From Clostridiales bacterium (GTDB lineage Bacteria; Bacillota; Clostridia; Oscillospirales; CAG-272), in assembly GCA_012841635.1 (NCBI GenBank), contig DUUJ01000123.1:23902-87901 (forward strand): a stretch of 64,000 nucleotides of DNA. The letters run 5' to 3'. The notes below the pieces were generated by a model, which saw only the letters and a list, made by a program, of their open reading frames with translations, ran no database searches and was not told where the DNA came from. The translations under genes were made by a program, and so were the position numbers. Shown piece by piece: positions 1 to 10,386 of the stretch; the first letter of the stretch is position 1, and each line of letters opens with the position of its first letter.

Positions 1-960
1 GCCGTCGTCAAGACCGAAACGCAGACGCAGGACCTGCTCTTCACGCGGGGTCAGCGTACGCAGCACTTCCGCCAGCTGTTCCTTGAGCAGGGTATAGGAA
101 GCAGCTTCTGCCGGAGCCGGCGAATCGACATCTTCTATGAAATCTCCGAGGTGGCTGTCTTCTTCTTCGCCTATCGGGGTTTCAAGCGAGACCGGATCCT
201 GAGCAATCTTTAATATCTCCCGAACCTTGTCCCCCGACATATTCATTTCGCGGGCGATCTCATCAGGCGTAGGCTCGCGCCCGAGCTTCTGCAGCAGCTG
301 ACGGGAAATTCGGCTGACTTTATGAATAGTCTCAACCATGTGAACAGGTATCCTGATTGTCCTTGCCTGATCAGCTATTGCGCGGGTTATCGCCTGTCTT
401 ATCCACCAGGTAGCGTAAGTCGAAAATTTATACCCCTTGTTATGGTCGAATTTGTCAACCGCTTTCATCAAACCGAGGTTGCCTTCCTGAATCAGGTCAA
501 GGAAGAACATTCCTTTGCCGACGTACCTCTTTGCTATTGACACGACAAGGCGGAGGTTTGCTTCGACAAGATCCTGCTTGGCCCGCTCATCTCCCTGGGA
601 CATCCTTTCGGCGAGATCAAGCTCTTTTTCGGCTGTTAAAAGCGGAACTTTGCCTATCTCCTTAAGATACATACGAACGGGGTCGTCGATGGGGAGACCT
701 TCCTGCGAAAGCATCTTCTCCATATCTTCCGCCGACTCATACTGCTCGGTTTCGCTTTCGATTTCTTCAAAATCCGGAGTATCGAGATAGCCGGTGACTT
801 CGATACCCATGTTTTCAAGGGTGTCATAGAGCTTATCGATCTGGTCGATGTCGTAATCGACATTTTCCAGCGCTTCCATTATCTCATTATTAGTAAGTGA
901 ACCCTTGGACTTCCCTCTTTCGATAAGCTCTCTTATATCAAGTTTCTTATCACTTGCCAT
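1..960 (-). CDS. rpoD: RNA polymerase primary sigma factor (RpoD/SigA), C-terminus cut by window edge
   Basis: Absent from the ORF track because it runs off the left edge. My minus-strand translation from ATG 960-958 reads [31 protein letters not shown]..., then [35 protein letters not shown] and [32 protein letters not shown]. The frame stays open to base 1. It lies 5 nt downstream of dnaG. Confidence 0.93.
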   Translation of the reverse strand, partial: MASDKKLDIRELIERGKSKGSLTNNEIMEALENVDYDIDQIDKLYDTLENMGIEVTGYLDTPDFEEIESETEQYESAEDMEKMLSQEGLPIDDPVRMYLKEIGKVPLLTAEKELDLAERMSQGDERAKQDLVEANLRLVVSIAKRYVGKGMFFLDLIQEGNLGLMKAVDKFDHNKGYKFSTYATWWIRQAITRAIADQARTIRIPVHMVETIHKVSRISRQLLQKLGREPTPDEIAREMNMSGDKVREILKIAQDPVSLETPIGEEEDSHLGDFIEDVDSPAPAEAASYTLLKEQLAEVLRTLTPREEQVLRLRFGLDDG

Positions 961-965
961 ATATG

Positions 966-2741
966 TTATTCCTCCCGATTATTTTCGAAATCCTGTCTTT
1001 TTTTATTAATCAAATCGTTTATATCGCTTATGGATGCGGATTCGCCGTCATCTTCGCCGTTTTTCCGGCTTCTCAGATTCGAAACACAGTCACGGAAGAT
1101 TTCTTCCGTGTTTGATAACCTTTCCCGGGAAACCGTTACGCCGGTAATAAGACCTATCTCATCCGGCGTGAACAGCTCGTTCAGGAAGTTTTCGGGCTTT
1201 TCTCCTCCGCTGCATTTATTGATTATAAGATCATACAGGCGCTTCCCGATATCCGTTCCGAAATCCTCTGCGCTGAGCGCAACCTCGCCGTTTCTTATCA
1301 GCTCCGCATATTCCGGATACTTTAACAACATTCCCAAAACTGCTTCTTCAGAGGAAGACGAAGAAAGAGTATTCAGTTTTTCGCGCATATTCCGTCCGCC
1401 GAAACCGGCTGCGGCAAGGTGTATTCTGTTGGTTTCGCTTTCGTCGGCTTTTTTTCTGTTCCGGCGTATGGCGTTTCTCACATCGTTTTTAAGGCTTTCA
1501 TACTGAACGGAAAGCTTCTCTGATATTTTGTGAATGTAGAGATCGCGCTCAACGCTGGAGTATACTGCGGCTATAACGGAGGTAATCTCTTTCAGCGCGG
1601 CAATTTTCTGCCGGGGATCGTTTATGTCGTATTGTTTTAATATATTTTCCGTCTGAAAATCGAATCTTGAACTGCCCTCATTCAATATCATCCTGAATCT
1701 GTCGGGACCGAATTTTTTGATATATTCATCCGGGTCCTTCGCGTCCCGGACACGCACTACCCTTGCTTCGAGTCCTACCTCGTCAAACAGACGGAAAGCC
1801 TTATCAGCAGCTCTCTGACCGGCTTCATCGACATCGTATGCAATGAGCACTTTCTTTGTGTAGCGCTTCATTATCCGGGCATGCTCATTTGTTATAGCGG
1901 TGCCCAGTGTGGCGACGGAATTCGTGAATCCAGCGTCATGAAGCGCCATGACATCCATATAACCTTCGCAGAGAATCAATTCGTCGGCACAGCTGGCTTT
2001 GGCGTAATTGAGCGCGAAAAGACTGCGGCTCTTCTTGAAAGCCGGCGTGTCGCTGGTATTAAGGTATTTAGGCATTGAATTGTCGAGCACTCTGCCGCCG
2101 AAAGCGATAACGTCCTTTTGGGTATCTATTATCGGGATAATAATCCGTCCGCGGAAGTAATCGTAAGGTTTGCCGTTTTTTTTGCTTATCCCGCAGAGGA
2201 ATGCCGTTGAAAGCTCCTTTTCGCTGTATCCGAGTCCCAACATGTGTCCGGTAAGCGCTCCGAATTCATTCGGAGCGTAACCGAGACCAAAACGCCTGAT
2301 CAAGGCCGGACTGTACCCGCGGTTCAGAAGATATTCCATCGGCGCCCGGGTTGAATTGAGCTGCTCCCGGAAAAATTTGGCGGCGTCAAGATTCATCGCC
2401 AATACTTTTTCGCGGCTGACTTCATCGGTTTTACGGTATCTTTCTCTCGCCTCTTTCGGAACGGTGATTCCGCATCTCTTTGCGAGTACTTCTATTGCTT
2501 CGATATAGGAAAGACTCTCCATCTTCATAATGAAGGTTACAACGTCGCCGCCGGCGCCGCAGCCGAAACAGTAAAAGCTGTCGCTTGACAAAAAAACAGT
2601 GAACGAAGGGGTTCTCTCGTTATGAAACGGACAAAGGCCGACGAGATTCGATCCTGCCCGCTTAAGACTGACATATTGTCCTATGACATCGGATATATCG
2701 CAGCGGTATTTGATCTCCTCGATTATTTCGCGGGGTATCAT
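966..2741 (-). CDS. dnaG: DNA primase
   Basis: ORF 966..2819 trimmed to ATG 2741 ([16 protein letters not shown]), which has GGAG 8 nt upstream and leaves no overlap with dgt. It has a CHC2 zinc finger ([23 protein letters not shown]) and Toprim motifs ([19 protein letters not shown]). Confidence 0.92.
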   Translation of the reverse strand: MIPREIIEEIKYRCDISDVIGQYVSLKRAGSNLVGLCPFHNERTPSFTVFLSSDSFYCFGCGAGGDVVTFIMKMESLSYIEAIEVLAKRCGITVPKEARERYRKTDEVSREKVLAMNLDAAKFFREQLNSTRAPMEYLLNRGYSPALIRRFGLGYAPNEFGALTGHMLGLGYSEKELSTAFLCGISKKNGKPYDYFRGRIIIPIIDTQKDVIAFGGRVLDNSMPKYLNTSDTPAFKKSRSLFALNYAKASCADELILCEGYMDVMALHDAGFTNSVATLGTAITNEHARIMKRYTKKVLIAYDVDEAGQRAADKAFRLFDEVGLEARVVRVRDAKDPDEYIKKFGPDRFRMILNEGSSRFDFQTENILKQYDINDPRQKIAALKEITSVIAAVYSSVERDLYIHKISEKLSVQYESLKNDVRNAIRRNRKKADESETNRIHLAAAGFGGRNMREKLNTLSSSSSEEAVLGMLLKYPEYAELIRNGEVALSAEDFGTDIGKRLYDLIINKCSGGEKPENFLNELFTPDEIGLITGVTVSRERLSNTEEIFRDCVSNLRSRKNGEDDGESASISDINDLINKKRQDFENNREE

Positions 2742-2763
2742 TGACTTGACTCCTGTCCCTTCG

Positions 2764-3762
2764 TCAGCTCCCTGACCAGACTTCCGGTATAAAAAGCGTC
2801 CGGAAGGTTCTGATCGCATATCTGTCGGTCATGCCTGAAATATAATCGGCTGCCGCCCTGCCGACCGATTCAATGCGGGCAATTTTGCGATATTCGGAAG
2901 GCAGCTCTTCGGGATGCTCATAAAAATAATAGTAGAGCGTTTCGAGCATCTTTTCCGCCTTATCCTCCTGACCTTTCGCCGTCGGATTATGGTAAACGGC
3001 TTTGTTTACAAAGTCATACAGCTCGTTTATGGCAGCTGCTATTTCTCCATCAATTTTAATATTTTCACCCTCCGAAGACGCCGAGATCACGCCTCCGACC
3101 ATTCTGTCGATCCGGGTGCTGTAATCGCTGCCGAGTGTTTTGCGTATTTCTGCGGGAATATCTTCTTCTGCCAGGATTTCGGCTCGGAATGCGTCGTCGA
3201 TGTCGTGATTTATATATGCTATCTTGTCCGCTTCTTTGACTATCTGACCTTCAAGCGTTGAAGCACCGCCCAGAGTATGGTGAAAAATACCGTCGCGAAC
3301 TTCCCACGTCAGGTTAAGCTCCTCAAGCTTATCAACCACACGCAGACTCTGTTTATAATGAGTAAATTCGCTGTCATAAACCCGCTGAAGCGCACGCTCT
3401 CCGGCATGGCCGAAGGGGGTGTGACCGAGATCATGGCCGAGAGCAATCGCTTCGGTAAGGTCTTCGTTGAGTCTAAGGCCGCGGGCTATCGTTCTTGCTA
3501 CCTGAGCAACATTCAGAGTATGTGTCAGTCTCGTGCGGTAATGGTCAGCTTCGGGAGATAGAAAGACCTGAGTTTTATGTGAAAGCCGGCGAAAGGCTTT
3601 TGAATGAAGGATCCTGTCGCGGTCACGCTGGTATTCGCCCCGGTCGCTGCAGGGAGAGACCGGGAATTCTCTGCCTTTGGTATCACTGTCAAACGCCGCC
3701 CGCTCGGATAGCACAAGTCTTTGATTTTTATATATCATCTCACGGACGGTCATATCCGACAT
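2764..3762 (-). CDS. dgt: dGTP triphosphohydrolase-like HD-domain phosphohydrolase
   Basis: 332-aa ORF with GGAGA 8 nt before the ATG. The HD region reads LTHTLNVAQVARTIARGL...ALGHDLGHTPFGHAGE. It sits upstream of dnaG-rpoD. Confidence 0.85.
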   Translation of the reverse strand: MSDMTVREMIYKNQRLVLSERAAFDSDTKGREFPVSPCSDRGEYQRDRDRILHSKAFRRLSHKTQVFLSPEADHYRTRLTHTLNVAQVARTIARGLRLNEDLTEAIALGHDLGHTPFGHAGERALQRVYDSEFTHYKQSLRVVDKLEELNLTWEVRDGIFHHTLGGASTLEGQIVKEADKIAYINHDIDDAFRAEILAEEDIPAEIRKTLGSDYSTRIDRMVGGVISASSEGENIKIDGEIAAAINELYDFVNKAVYHNPTAKGQEDKAEKMLETLYYYFYEHPEELPSEYRKIARIESVGRAAADYISGMTDRYAIRTFRTLFIPEVWSGS

Positions 3763-3856
3763 ATTTCATTCTCCCGTCTGTATTTATAAATATATTAGAC
3801 GTAAATAATCCTTATTTGTTCCGCAGACTTTGGAATACAACAATTCGCTTACCTGC

Positions 3857-3885
3857 ATGATAATACAAATCCGGCGATTTGTCAA
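3857..3885 (-). promoter_or_regulatory. sigma-70-type promoter for dgt-dnaG-rpoD
   Basis: The minus strand reads TTGACA, a hand-counted 17-nt spacer, then TATCAT, about 90 nt upstream of the dgt ATG. Confidence 0.5.
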
Positions 3886-3916
3886 TAGAAAAAATGATTA
3901 TTGTTTAAATTTACAA

Positions 3917-4582
3917 TTAATTTTCCGAGCCGAACCTTGTGCCGCATTCGGAAATCAGCGCTCTCGCCGCGGTCATGTCGATAATTCTCTGCAGCAATTC
4001 ATCCTTTTCCGAAGTCTTTACGGCGAATGTCAGAGATACATTTTCCTCGTAAACAACATCATCAATTACCGCGCCGTATGTTTTTACCAGATATTCTACC
4101 TTTTGGTAGTCGTTGTAGCTTAATATCGAAATAAATACCGAGTATTCAACATACCTTACTATCCCCGCCGCTTCGGCAGCCCGGTTTGCTGCGGTCGAAT
4201 ATGCGCGGGTCAATCCGGATGCGCCCAGGAGTATGCCGCCGAAATACCTTGTAACAACGATAATGGCGTCGGTGAAGCCCTTCTTCTTTATTACATCGAG
4301 GACATAAGGTCCGCTTGTTCCCTGCGGCTCGCCGTCGTCGCTCATCCGTTCCGCGGCTCCCCGGTTTATCTGATATGCGTAGACATGGTGTCTTGCATCC
4401 GGGTTTTTCTTTTTAACCGACTCGAGATATTCCGCTGCTTCTTCAACGGAACAGACTCTTTTGGCTCTGCCGATAAAAACCGACTTTTTTTCAACATACT
4501 CGATTTCACTTTCGCGTTCAAGAGTTATATATTCGGACGGCGGAGGCGGCTGATCGCCGCCGATATTTAAAAAGTTATTCAT
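3917..4582 (-). CDS. yigZ: YigZ / IMPACT-family protein (UPF0029)
   Basis: ORF 3917..4654 trimmed to ATG 4582 (MNNFLNIGGDQ), which overlaps the hflX stop by 8 nt. Family blocks present: HHVYAYQI, DDGEPQGTSGPYVLDVI, VVTRYFGGILLGASGLTRAYS. Confidence 0.8.
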   Translation of the reverse strand: MNNFLNIGGDQPPPPSEYITLERESEIEYVEKKSVFIGRAKRVCSVEEAAEYLESVKKKNPDARHHVYAYQINRGAAERMSDDGEPQGTSGPYVLDVIKKKGFTDAIIVVTRYFGGILLGASGLTRAYSTAANRAAEAAGIVRYVEYSVFISILSYNDYQKVEYLVKTYGAVIDDVVYEENVSLTFAVKTSEKDELLQRIIDMTAARALISECGTRFGSEN

Positions 4583-5921
4583 CGATATTATCCGGCGAGT
4601 TGTATACATATTCCGCAAACACACCGCGCGCACGGCTGTCGGAAAGTGTGTCAACTTCTATATAATCGTGAGTGTAATTAACATTGGTTACCGTCGCAAG
4701 CTTATAGATCCTGTTTAGTTCGCCTGACTTATCATTAGGTATCCTGTAGCTGACCGGCAGTCTGCCCTGACTCACCGCTTCTTCAAGCTTGGCTATCAGC
4801 TCGTCAATCCCTTCTCCTGTCTTCGCTGAAACGGCTACGGTATCTTTGAAAGAGACAAGAGAACCGGCCTGATCCCAAACTACGTTCAGAAGCCTGTCCG
4901 ATTCGGCGTCGCACTTGTTCCAGACATATACAACCGGCTTGTCGTCGGCATCGAGTTCCCGCAGAAGTTCTTTGCTCACCTTAAGCTGATTTTGACATTC
5001 GGGGTCGGAAGTGTCTATCAATACGAGAATTATATCTGCATATTTCACTTCGTCAAGGGTGGACTTGAAAGCCTTGATAAGATGGTGCGGCAGGTTTCTG
5101 ATGAATCCGACCGTGTCTGTCAGCAGTATTTCTTCTCCGCTGGGGAGCTTATAACGCCTTGTAGTCGGGTCAAGGGTAGCAAAAAGCTTATCTTCTGCCA
5201 AAATTCCGGCGCCGGTCAGGTAGTTAAGCAGGGTCGACTTTCCGGCGTTTGTGTATCCGACAATGGCGCAGCTGGTGATTCCCGAACGCTGACGCGCTTT
5301 GCGCATTGTTGAACGGGAAGAGTCCAGTTTGCGAAGCTGTTCTTCCAGGAATTGAATTCTTCTTTCGATATATCGTCTGTCGGTTTCAAGCTTGGTTTCG
5401 CCGGGACCGCGCACCGCGATGTTTCCGCCGACTTGTCTTGAGAGCTGAAGTCCTTTTCCTATCAGTCTCGGAGCGGTATATTTCAGCTGCGCAAGCTCTA
5501 CCTGAAGCTTTCCTTCGCTTGACTGCGCGTGAAGCGCGAAGATATCCAGAATAAGCATCGCCCGGTCGATGACCATGACGTCATGTTTATCGTCGGACAG
5601 CGCATCTTCTATGTTTTTTATCTGCGACGGTGTCAGCTCCATATCAAATACTACAAGCGGAACCTCATTTACCGAGCAGAGTTCGTAAAGTTCCTTGATT
5701 TTACCGGAACCGATAACGGTAGCGGGATCCGGACTGTATTTTGACTGAGTAAGACGGGCAAACGCCGAACCTCCGGCGGTTTCAAGCAGCCGCTCAAGCT
5801 CATCAAGCGACACCTGTGCTTCTCTTTCGGTCGTGCGGCCGGTTATGACAGAGACCAGAACCGCCCGCACCGCGTTTATTTCATCTTCTCCCCAAGGGGT
5901 GTTAAGCAGTTTATTTTCCAT
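4575..5921 (-). CDS. hflX: GTPase HflX
   Basis: 448 aa. It has the HflX N-terminal domain plus G-domain motifs: GYTNAGKSTLLN, a DTVGF-type switch and NKCD. Confidence 0.92.
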   Translation of the reverse strand: MENKLLNTPWGEDEINAVRAVLVSVITGRTTEREAQVSLDELERLLETAGGSAFARLTQSKYSPDPATVIGSGKIKELYELCSVNEVPLVVFDMELTPSQIKNIEDALSDDKHDVMVIDRAMLILDIFALHAQSSEGKLQVELAQLKYTAPRLIGKGLQLSRQVGGNIAVRGPGETKLETDRRYIERRIQFLEEQLRKLDSSRSTMRKARQRSGITSCAIVGYTNAGKSTLLNYLTGAGILAEDKLFATLDPTTRRYKLPSGEEILLTDTVGFIRNLPHHLIKAFKSTLDEVKYADIILVLIDTSDPECQNQLKVSKELLRELDADDKPVVYVWNKCDAESDRLLNVVWDQAGSLVSFKDTVAVSAKTGEGIDELIAKLEEAVSQGRLPVSYRIPNDKSGELNRIYKLATVTNVNYTHDYIEVDTLSDSRARGVFAEYVYNSPDNIDE

Positions 5922-5980
5922 AAATCTTTAATATATTCTCCTGATTGTCTGCGTGGGGAGACGCAAATTCGAAAATGATG

Positions 5981-6020
5981 AAAAAGCGGAAAACGGTATT
6001 GCCCGCTTCCCGCATTTTTT
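5981..6020 (-). terminator. intrinsic terminator after rpmE
   Basis: Imperfect GC hairpin at 5986-6013, with 9 of 11 positions paired. An A-run and a T-run flank it, and the minus strand reads stem-loop then TTTTTC. Confidence 0.55.
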
Positions 6021-6031
6021 CTGCCGTTCGA

Positions 6032-6253
6032 TTATTTCTGTTTCATAGCGCTCGCGGCCGCAAGACGCTTCTTGAACTTGTCGACCCGCCCGCCGGTATC
6101 CACGAACTTTTGCTTGCCCGTGTAGAACGGGTGGCATTTCGAGCAGATTTCGACATGCATCGCCCCACCGTTTGTCGAACGCGTCTGAACTTCGTTGCCG
6201 CAGGCGCATTTGATCGTAACGTTTTTATATTCGGGATGTATTCCCTGCTTCAT
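6032..6253 (-). CDS. rpmE: 50S ribosomal protein L31, Zn-ribbon (C+) type
   Basis: The sequence [27 protein letters not shown]...[13 protein letters not shown] aligns with L31. It carries the CxC...CxxC zinc ligands. Confidence 0.96.
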   Translation of the reverse strand: MKQGIHPEYKNVTIKCACGNEVQTRSTNGGAMHVEICSKCHPFYTGKQKFVDTGGRVDKFKKRLAAASAMKQK

Positions 6254-6262
6254 GCTTGAGCA

Positions 6263-6302
6263 CCTCTCTTTCCGTAAGACCGAAAGAAGGCGTCAGCCTC
6301 TT
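6263..6302 (-). promoter_or_regulatory. rpmE 5' leader with alternative hairpins, one sequestering the SD
   Basis: On the minus strand, CCTTCTTTC can pair with GAAAGAGAGG, which contains the SD (9 bp, one bulge, 6263-6290). Alternatively it pairs with upstream AAGAGG (6284-6302). The two hairpins are mutually exclusive. Confidence 0.4.
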
Positions 6303-6327
6303 CCTGCCTGTTTCATAATACCAAGGT

Positions 6328-6356
6328 ATTATACCACAAATCAGTATGAATTGCAA
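6328..6356 (-). promoter_or_regulatory. sigma-70-type promoter for rpmE
   Basis: The minus strand reads TTGCAA, 17 nt, TATAAT. The predicted leader is about 70 nt. Confidence 0.55.
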
Positions 6357-6429
6357 GGGGTTTTGGAAAAATTAACAGCTTCAGGTGTTAAAATTATCTT
6401 TTGCCGCACGTTATTTGAATTATAACTAA

Positions 6430-7908
6430 TTAAATATCCAGTTTTTCGAACGCTTCGATAACTTTATTTATCGCCTTATTGATACGGCTTTCGTTATTAG
6501 TCATGCTTGATACGAAATCACGCTTGTTTTTTTCGAACATTGTCATGAATATACCGTCCCTGAGAGTCTCGCACCAATATGTGTCGCCCAGATCATAGCT
6601 TCTTGTCCTGTATATCAAATCCAGCATTTCGGCGGATTCGTTGTCGCGCGCGTATTTGCCCTTCAGCGAAATTTCAAAGTATGCGGGGATTACCGAATTT
6701 GCCGATTCGGATGACAATGCCTCCAAAACAGCTCCTATCATTTCCAGCCTGCCGGCTGCCGTAACCGGAACACTCGGGACGCAGCCGCCCTCGACTCTTG
6801 AATAATACTCTTCCTGACTCTCGTCATATTTCGGATACGGAATAACTCCGAAATCCTGTTCCATTCCTCTGAGTATCGCGATGTAGAACAAAGTATTGTC
6901 AAAGAACAGAGCCTGACCTCCGACGAACATATCGTTTAAAGTCAAATCACTGTTTGATGCGAATTTGTTTCTGAACCAAGTGTTGTTATCCCAAGTAATC
7001 GTGAATATTCTTTCCACTACCTCGGCAAACTTCTTATCCCCGGTAAGTTTGAATTCCGGTATGTCATCTTCGTTTTTTGCTATCGATTTAACACCGGCGC
7101 TGCTCCAGAAGCAAGGCAGGACATGCTTCGGCTGTGACAGATAGCCGTATCTGTCCGTTTTTGTCATTTCGTTGTCGCCGTCGACATCTTCCGTTACTGC
7201 CGAACACATTTCCTCATATTCGTCATAATCCCAAGCGCCGTTGTTGACAAGATCGTATATGTTTTTAAGATTGAAATTCTCATGTATCTGTTTGTTGAAA
7301 ACAAGTACATGCGTATAGTCGGAGGGAGTTAAATTAAAATCGCTGTATGCGAAATAAAGCCGGCTATGAATGGAAAGCTCCGGATTCAGCGAATGGCTCC
7401 AATACGGCTGGCTCAGATCGATATAAGGTATCTCGCGGAAATTGACGATCATACCCATCTGGGCAAGAGTCAGCGTCGGATAATCTTCGCAGAAAAAGAC
7501 GTCGTAAATATCCTCCCCGGACATAACTATTTTTTTGGCTTCCTGATTCATTGCGGTAAATCCGCTTGATATAGATTCTTTGAATAAGACATTCAGTCTG
7601 TTTTCCACCAAACGGTTACGCAGATAAATAGCATCGTTGAGGATATCACCGTCCTGCTCTTCCCTGTCGATTCGGGTATGAAGCCAGCTGGATTCATAGA
7701 CAAAGTTATCGAAAGTTTCTCCTTCAAAATCCAGATCATCGGGGAGATTATCCTTGAATAACGGTTCTGTTTCTCCGGTTGTTTCCTGAACCGTCTCGAT
7801 ATTTGTTTCCGCGTTTTGCATTACATCATCAGCCGTGGTATCGCCGCAGGCCGAATAACTGAAAATCATAACCGTCAGTAATAAAAAAGCAATTACTTTT
7901 CTCTTCAT
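6430..7908 (-). CDS. extracellular solute-binding lipoprotein (ABC SBP family 1, LplA/YtcQ-like), paralogue 1
   Basis: ORF 6430..7932, with the likely start at ATG 7908 (MKRKVIAFLLLTVMIFSYSAC, a lipoprotein signal ending in Cys). It shares blocks with the other three SBPs: DAIYLRNR, IPYIDLSQPYW, DFGVIPYPKYDESQEEYY, PAYFEISLKGKYARDNESAEMLDLI. Confidence 0.85.
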   Translation of the reverse strand: MKRKVIAFLLLTVMIFSYSACGDTTADDVMQNAETNIETVQETTGETEPLFKDNLPDDLDFEGETFDNFVYESSWLHTRIDREEQDGDILNDAIYLRNRLVENRLNVLFKESISSGFTAMNQEAKKIVMSGEDIYDVFFCEDYPTLTLAQMGMIVNFREIPYIDLSQPYWSHSLNPELSIHSRLYFAYSDFNLTPSDYTHVLVFNKQIHENFNLKNIYDLVNNGAWDYDEYEEMCSAVTEDVDGDNEMTKTDRYGYLSQPKHVLPCFWSSAGVKSIAKNEDDIPEFKLTGDKKFAEVVERIFTITWDNNTWFRNKFASNSDLTLNDMFVGGQALFFDNTLFYIAILRGMEQDFGVIPYPKYDESQEEYYSRVEGGCVPSVPVTAAGRLEMIGAVLEALSSESANSVIPAYFEISLKGKYARDNESAEMLDLIYRTRSYDLGDTYWCETLRDGIFMTMFEKNKRDFVSSMTNNESRINKAINKVIEAFEKLDI

Positions 7909-8145
7909 CGGTTTTGACCGTCCTTTCATCATAATGCCGTAACAAATGTTTTTATGATTTGTTCAACACCCTTTCGTGAAGATATTATAAACGATATCTC
8001 ATTCAAATTATATAACACAATTTGTCAAAATGATTTGTAAACTGTTAATTATCATACAATTAGATTTGAGTCGTTAAAAGTAATATGTGTTAATTTTACA
8101 ATCTTGGGTTCATCCGGTATTGACTTAATATTTTTCTCGCAAGCC

Positions 8146-8174
8146 TTGAATTCATTTCATGATTGTGTTATAAT
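8146..8174 (+). promoter_or_regulatory. sigma-70-type promoter for the oxidoreductase gene
   Basis: TTGAAT, 17 nt, TATAAT, with a TGT extended -10, 42 nt before ATG 8216. Confidence 0.5.
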
Positions 8175-8215
8175 AGGCAAAACAGCAAATATAATAAATA
8201 TGCGGAGGAACAATT

Positions 8216-9208
8216 ATGATTAAAGTTGCAATGCTCAGCAAATGGCATGTCCATGCCGAAGGCTACGCGAACGAAGTCAACAGAAGCGGCAAAGCTCAGG
8301 TAGCCGCCGTTTGGGACGAAGATAAAAACCGCGGCGCCGAATGGGCCGGCAGGCTCGGAGTCGACTTCGTTGAGTGCCTCGACGAACTTCTTGCAAGAGA
8401 AGATATCGACGCCGTAATCGTCGATACTCCTACCACGGCTCACCGCGACGTGATTATTAAAGCAGCCAAAGCCGGCAAGCATGTTTTCACCGAAAAGGCT
8501 CTCTGCCCGACTGTCGCCGAATGCGAAGATGTAAAGAAAGCAATTCTTGACGCAGGTGTTACCTTTACGATCTCCTATCCGATGCGCGGCACTCCGACGG
8601 TTCAGTTTGCCAAAAAGATGATCGAATCCGGAGCGTTCGGAAAGCTTAGCCTTGTCCGCATCCGCAACGGACACAACGGAGTTTCCGGAAATTGGCTGCC
8701 CGCTTACTGGTTTGAGAAGAAGGACGCCGCAGGTGGCGCCATGATGGACCTCGGCTGCCATCCGATGTATACACTTCCTTACCTCTGCGGCAAACCGAAG
8801 CGCATCAACGGCATATTCACCGCTCCCTTCGGCTCAAAGGTAGACGAGAACGCCGTTTCCACAATTGAATTTGAAGGCGGTATCATCGGCATAGGCGAGA
8901 CCAGCTTTATAACCTACGCAACCAAAGAAATGATCGAGATCTACGGTTCCGAAGGAACTCTCATCTCCATCAACGGCGAGGTTCAGTTCAAGTCTTCGAA
9001 AACCGACGCTTACGGCGCAGACTGGTTCAAACCGAGACTGCCGCAGCCGAAACCGAGCACCATCAACCGCTTCCTCGACGCCATTATCGCCGGCGAAAAG
9101 GCTCCGGAAGGCCTTGGTATCGACGACGCCATCGCTTTGACCGAGCTGCTCGAAAACGCCTATATCGCGGACGAAACCAACAGATATCAGCTCAGGATAG
9201 AAGCTTAA
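8216..9208 (+). CDS. Gfo/Idh/MocA family oxidoreductase
   Basis: 330 aa with a GGAGG SD. The N-terminal Rossmann region is MIKVAMLSKWHVHA...EDIDAVIVDTPTTAHRDVIIKAAKAGKHVFTEKAL, and a C-terminal alpha/beta domain follows. Confidence 0.88.
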   Translation: MIKVAMLSKWHVHAEGYANEVNRSGKAQVAAVWDEDKNRGAEWAGRLGVDFVECLDELLAREDIDAVIVDTPTTAHRDVIIKAAKAGKHVFTEKALCPTVAECEDVKKAILDAGVTFTISYPMRGTPTVQFAKKMIESGAFGKLSLVRIRNGHNGVSGNWLPAYWFEKKDAAGGAMMDLGCHPMYTLPYLCGKPKRINGIFTAPFGSKVDENAVSTIEFEGGIIGIGETSFITYATKEMIEIYGSEGTLISINGEVQFKSSKTDAYGADWFKPRLPQPKPSTINRFLDAIIAGEKAPEGLGIDDAIALTELLENAYIADETNRYQLRIEA

Positions 9209-9228
9209 TAATTAATCTTATATCAATG

Positions 9229-9256
9229 CCGGGACTTTTCTGTCCCGGTTTTTTTA
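9229..9256 (+). terminator. intrinsic terminator
   Basis: Hairpin CCGGGAC-TTTTCT-GTCCCGG followed by a T7 run. Confidence 0.75.
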
Positions 9257-9362
9257 TTTTATCTTTCATTCATCGAAATCGTTGACATTTTATTATTTCG
9301 GTGTATAATGTTGATATACAGGATTTTATTCTGCAAATAAAACGAAAGGACAGTTCAATTAT

Positions 9363-10358
9363 ATGAAAAAAATAAAGATAGCCCAAATCGGGACCAGCGC
9401 CAACAGCCATGGAAACCCGATTTTCGGCAGCCTGCAAAAACAGAGCGATATGTTCGAGATCGCGGGATTTGCAATGCCGGAAAACGAACGGGATAAATTC
9501 CCGGGCAACATGAAGCTTTTTAAGGGCTTCCGCGAAATGACAGTCGACGAGATATTGAATGACGCTTCCATTGAGGCAGTCGCGGTTGAGACAGAGGAGA
9601 TTTATCTTACAAAATACGCTTTGATGGCTGCCAAAGCCGGAAAGCATATTCATATGGAAAAGCCGGGCGGACGCGAGATTTCACAGTTTGAAGAACTGAT
9701 CGACACCGTCAAAGCCGGAAAAACGGTTTTTCACACCGGCTACATGTACCGATACAATCCGTATGTTATCGATCTCCTCAAACGCATCAAGGAAGGCGAA
9801 CTCGGCGATATCATATCGGTCGAAGCTCAGATGAACTGCCGCCATCCGGAGTCGGTTCGCAGCTGGCTTTCAGCATTTCCGGGCGGGATGATGTTCTTCC
9901 TCGGGTGTCATCTGATCGATCTCATATACCGAATTCAGGGGGAACCGAAAAATATCATCCCGCTGAATCGCTCCACAGGTTACCTTGAGGCTTCGGGAGA
10001 GGATTTCGGAATGGCGATTTTTGAATACGACAGAGGCGTTTCCTTTGCTAAAACCTGTGCCGTCGAGCGCGGAGGATTTGCGCGAAGACAGCTTGTCGTG
10101 ACCGGAACCAAAGGGACCGTTGAAATCAAACCCTTTGAAATGTCAGCTCCAGGCGGCATTTGGACCGGTAAAACCGAGTTTTTCAGCGACGCATGGGCAG
10201 ACAGGGGCGTTTATACCGAAACCGCCGTTTTCGACCGCTACGACGCTATGATGAACGGTTTCGGGCGCATGGTGCGCGGCGAGATTGAGAATCCTTACAC
10301 ATATGATTATGAGCTTGGTTTATACAGGACTGTGCTGCGCGCCTGTAATGCTTTGTGA
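9363..10358 (+). CDS. Gfo/Idh/MocA family oxidoreductase (second copy)
   Basis: 331 aa. Family blocks: MKKIKIAQIGTSANSHG...IEAVAVETEEIYLTKYALMAAKAGKHIHMEKP. Confidence 0.85.
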   Translation: MKKIKIAQIGTSANSHGNPIFGSLQKQSDMFEIAGFAMPENERDKFPGNMKLFKGFREMTVDEILNDASIEAVAVETEEIYLTKYALMAAKAGKHIHMEKPGGREISQFEELIDTVKAGKTVFHTGYMYRYNPYVIDLLKRIKEGELGDIISVEAQMNCRHPESVRSWLSAFPGGMMFFLGCHLIDLIYRIQGEPKNIIPLNRSTGYLEASGEDFGMAIFEYDRGVSFAKTCAVERGGFARRQLVVTGTKGTVEIKPFEMSAPGGIWTGKTEFFSDAWADRGVYTETAVFDRYDAMMNGFGRMVRGEIENPYTYDYELGLYRTVLRACNAL

Positions 10359-10386
10359 AAAATAAAATCACTATTATTTGCATGAC

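Noticed and set aside
7941-7963. An inverted repeat AACAAAT-N9-ATTTGTT, plus nearby ATTTGT repeats, upstream of SBP paralogue 1 as a regulator binding site.
   Set aside because: The arms are short and AT-rich in an AT-rich intergenic region. No regulator gene lies nearby, and the motif is not repeated upstream of the other SBP genes. It cannot be distinguished from chance.
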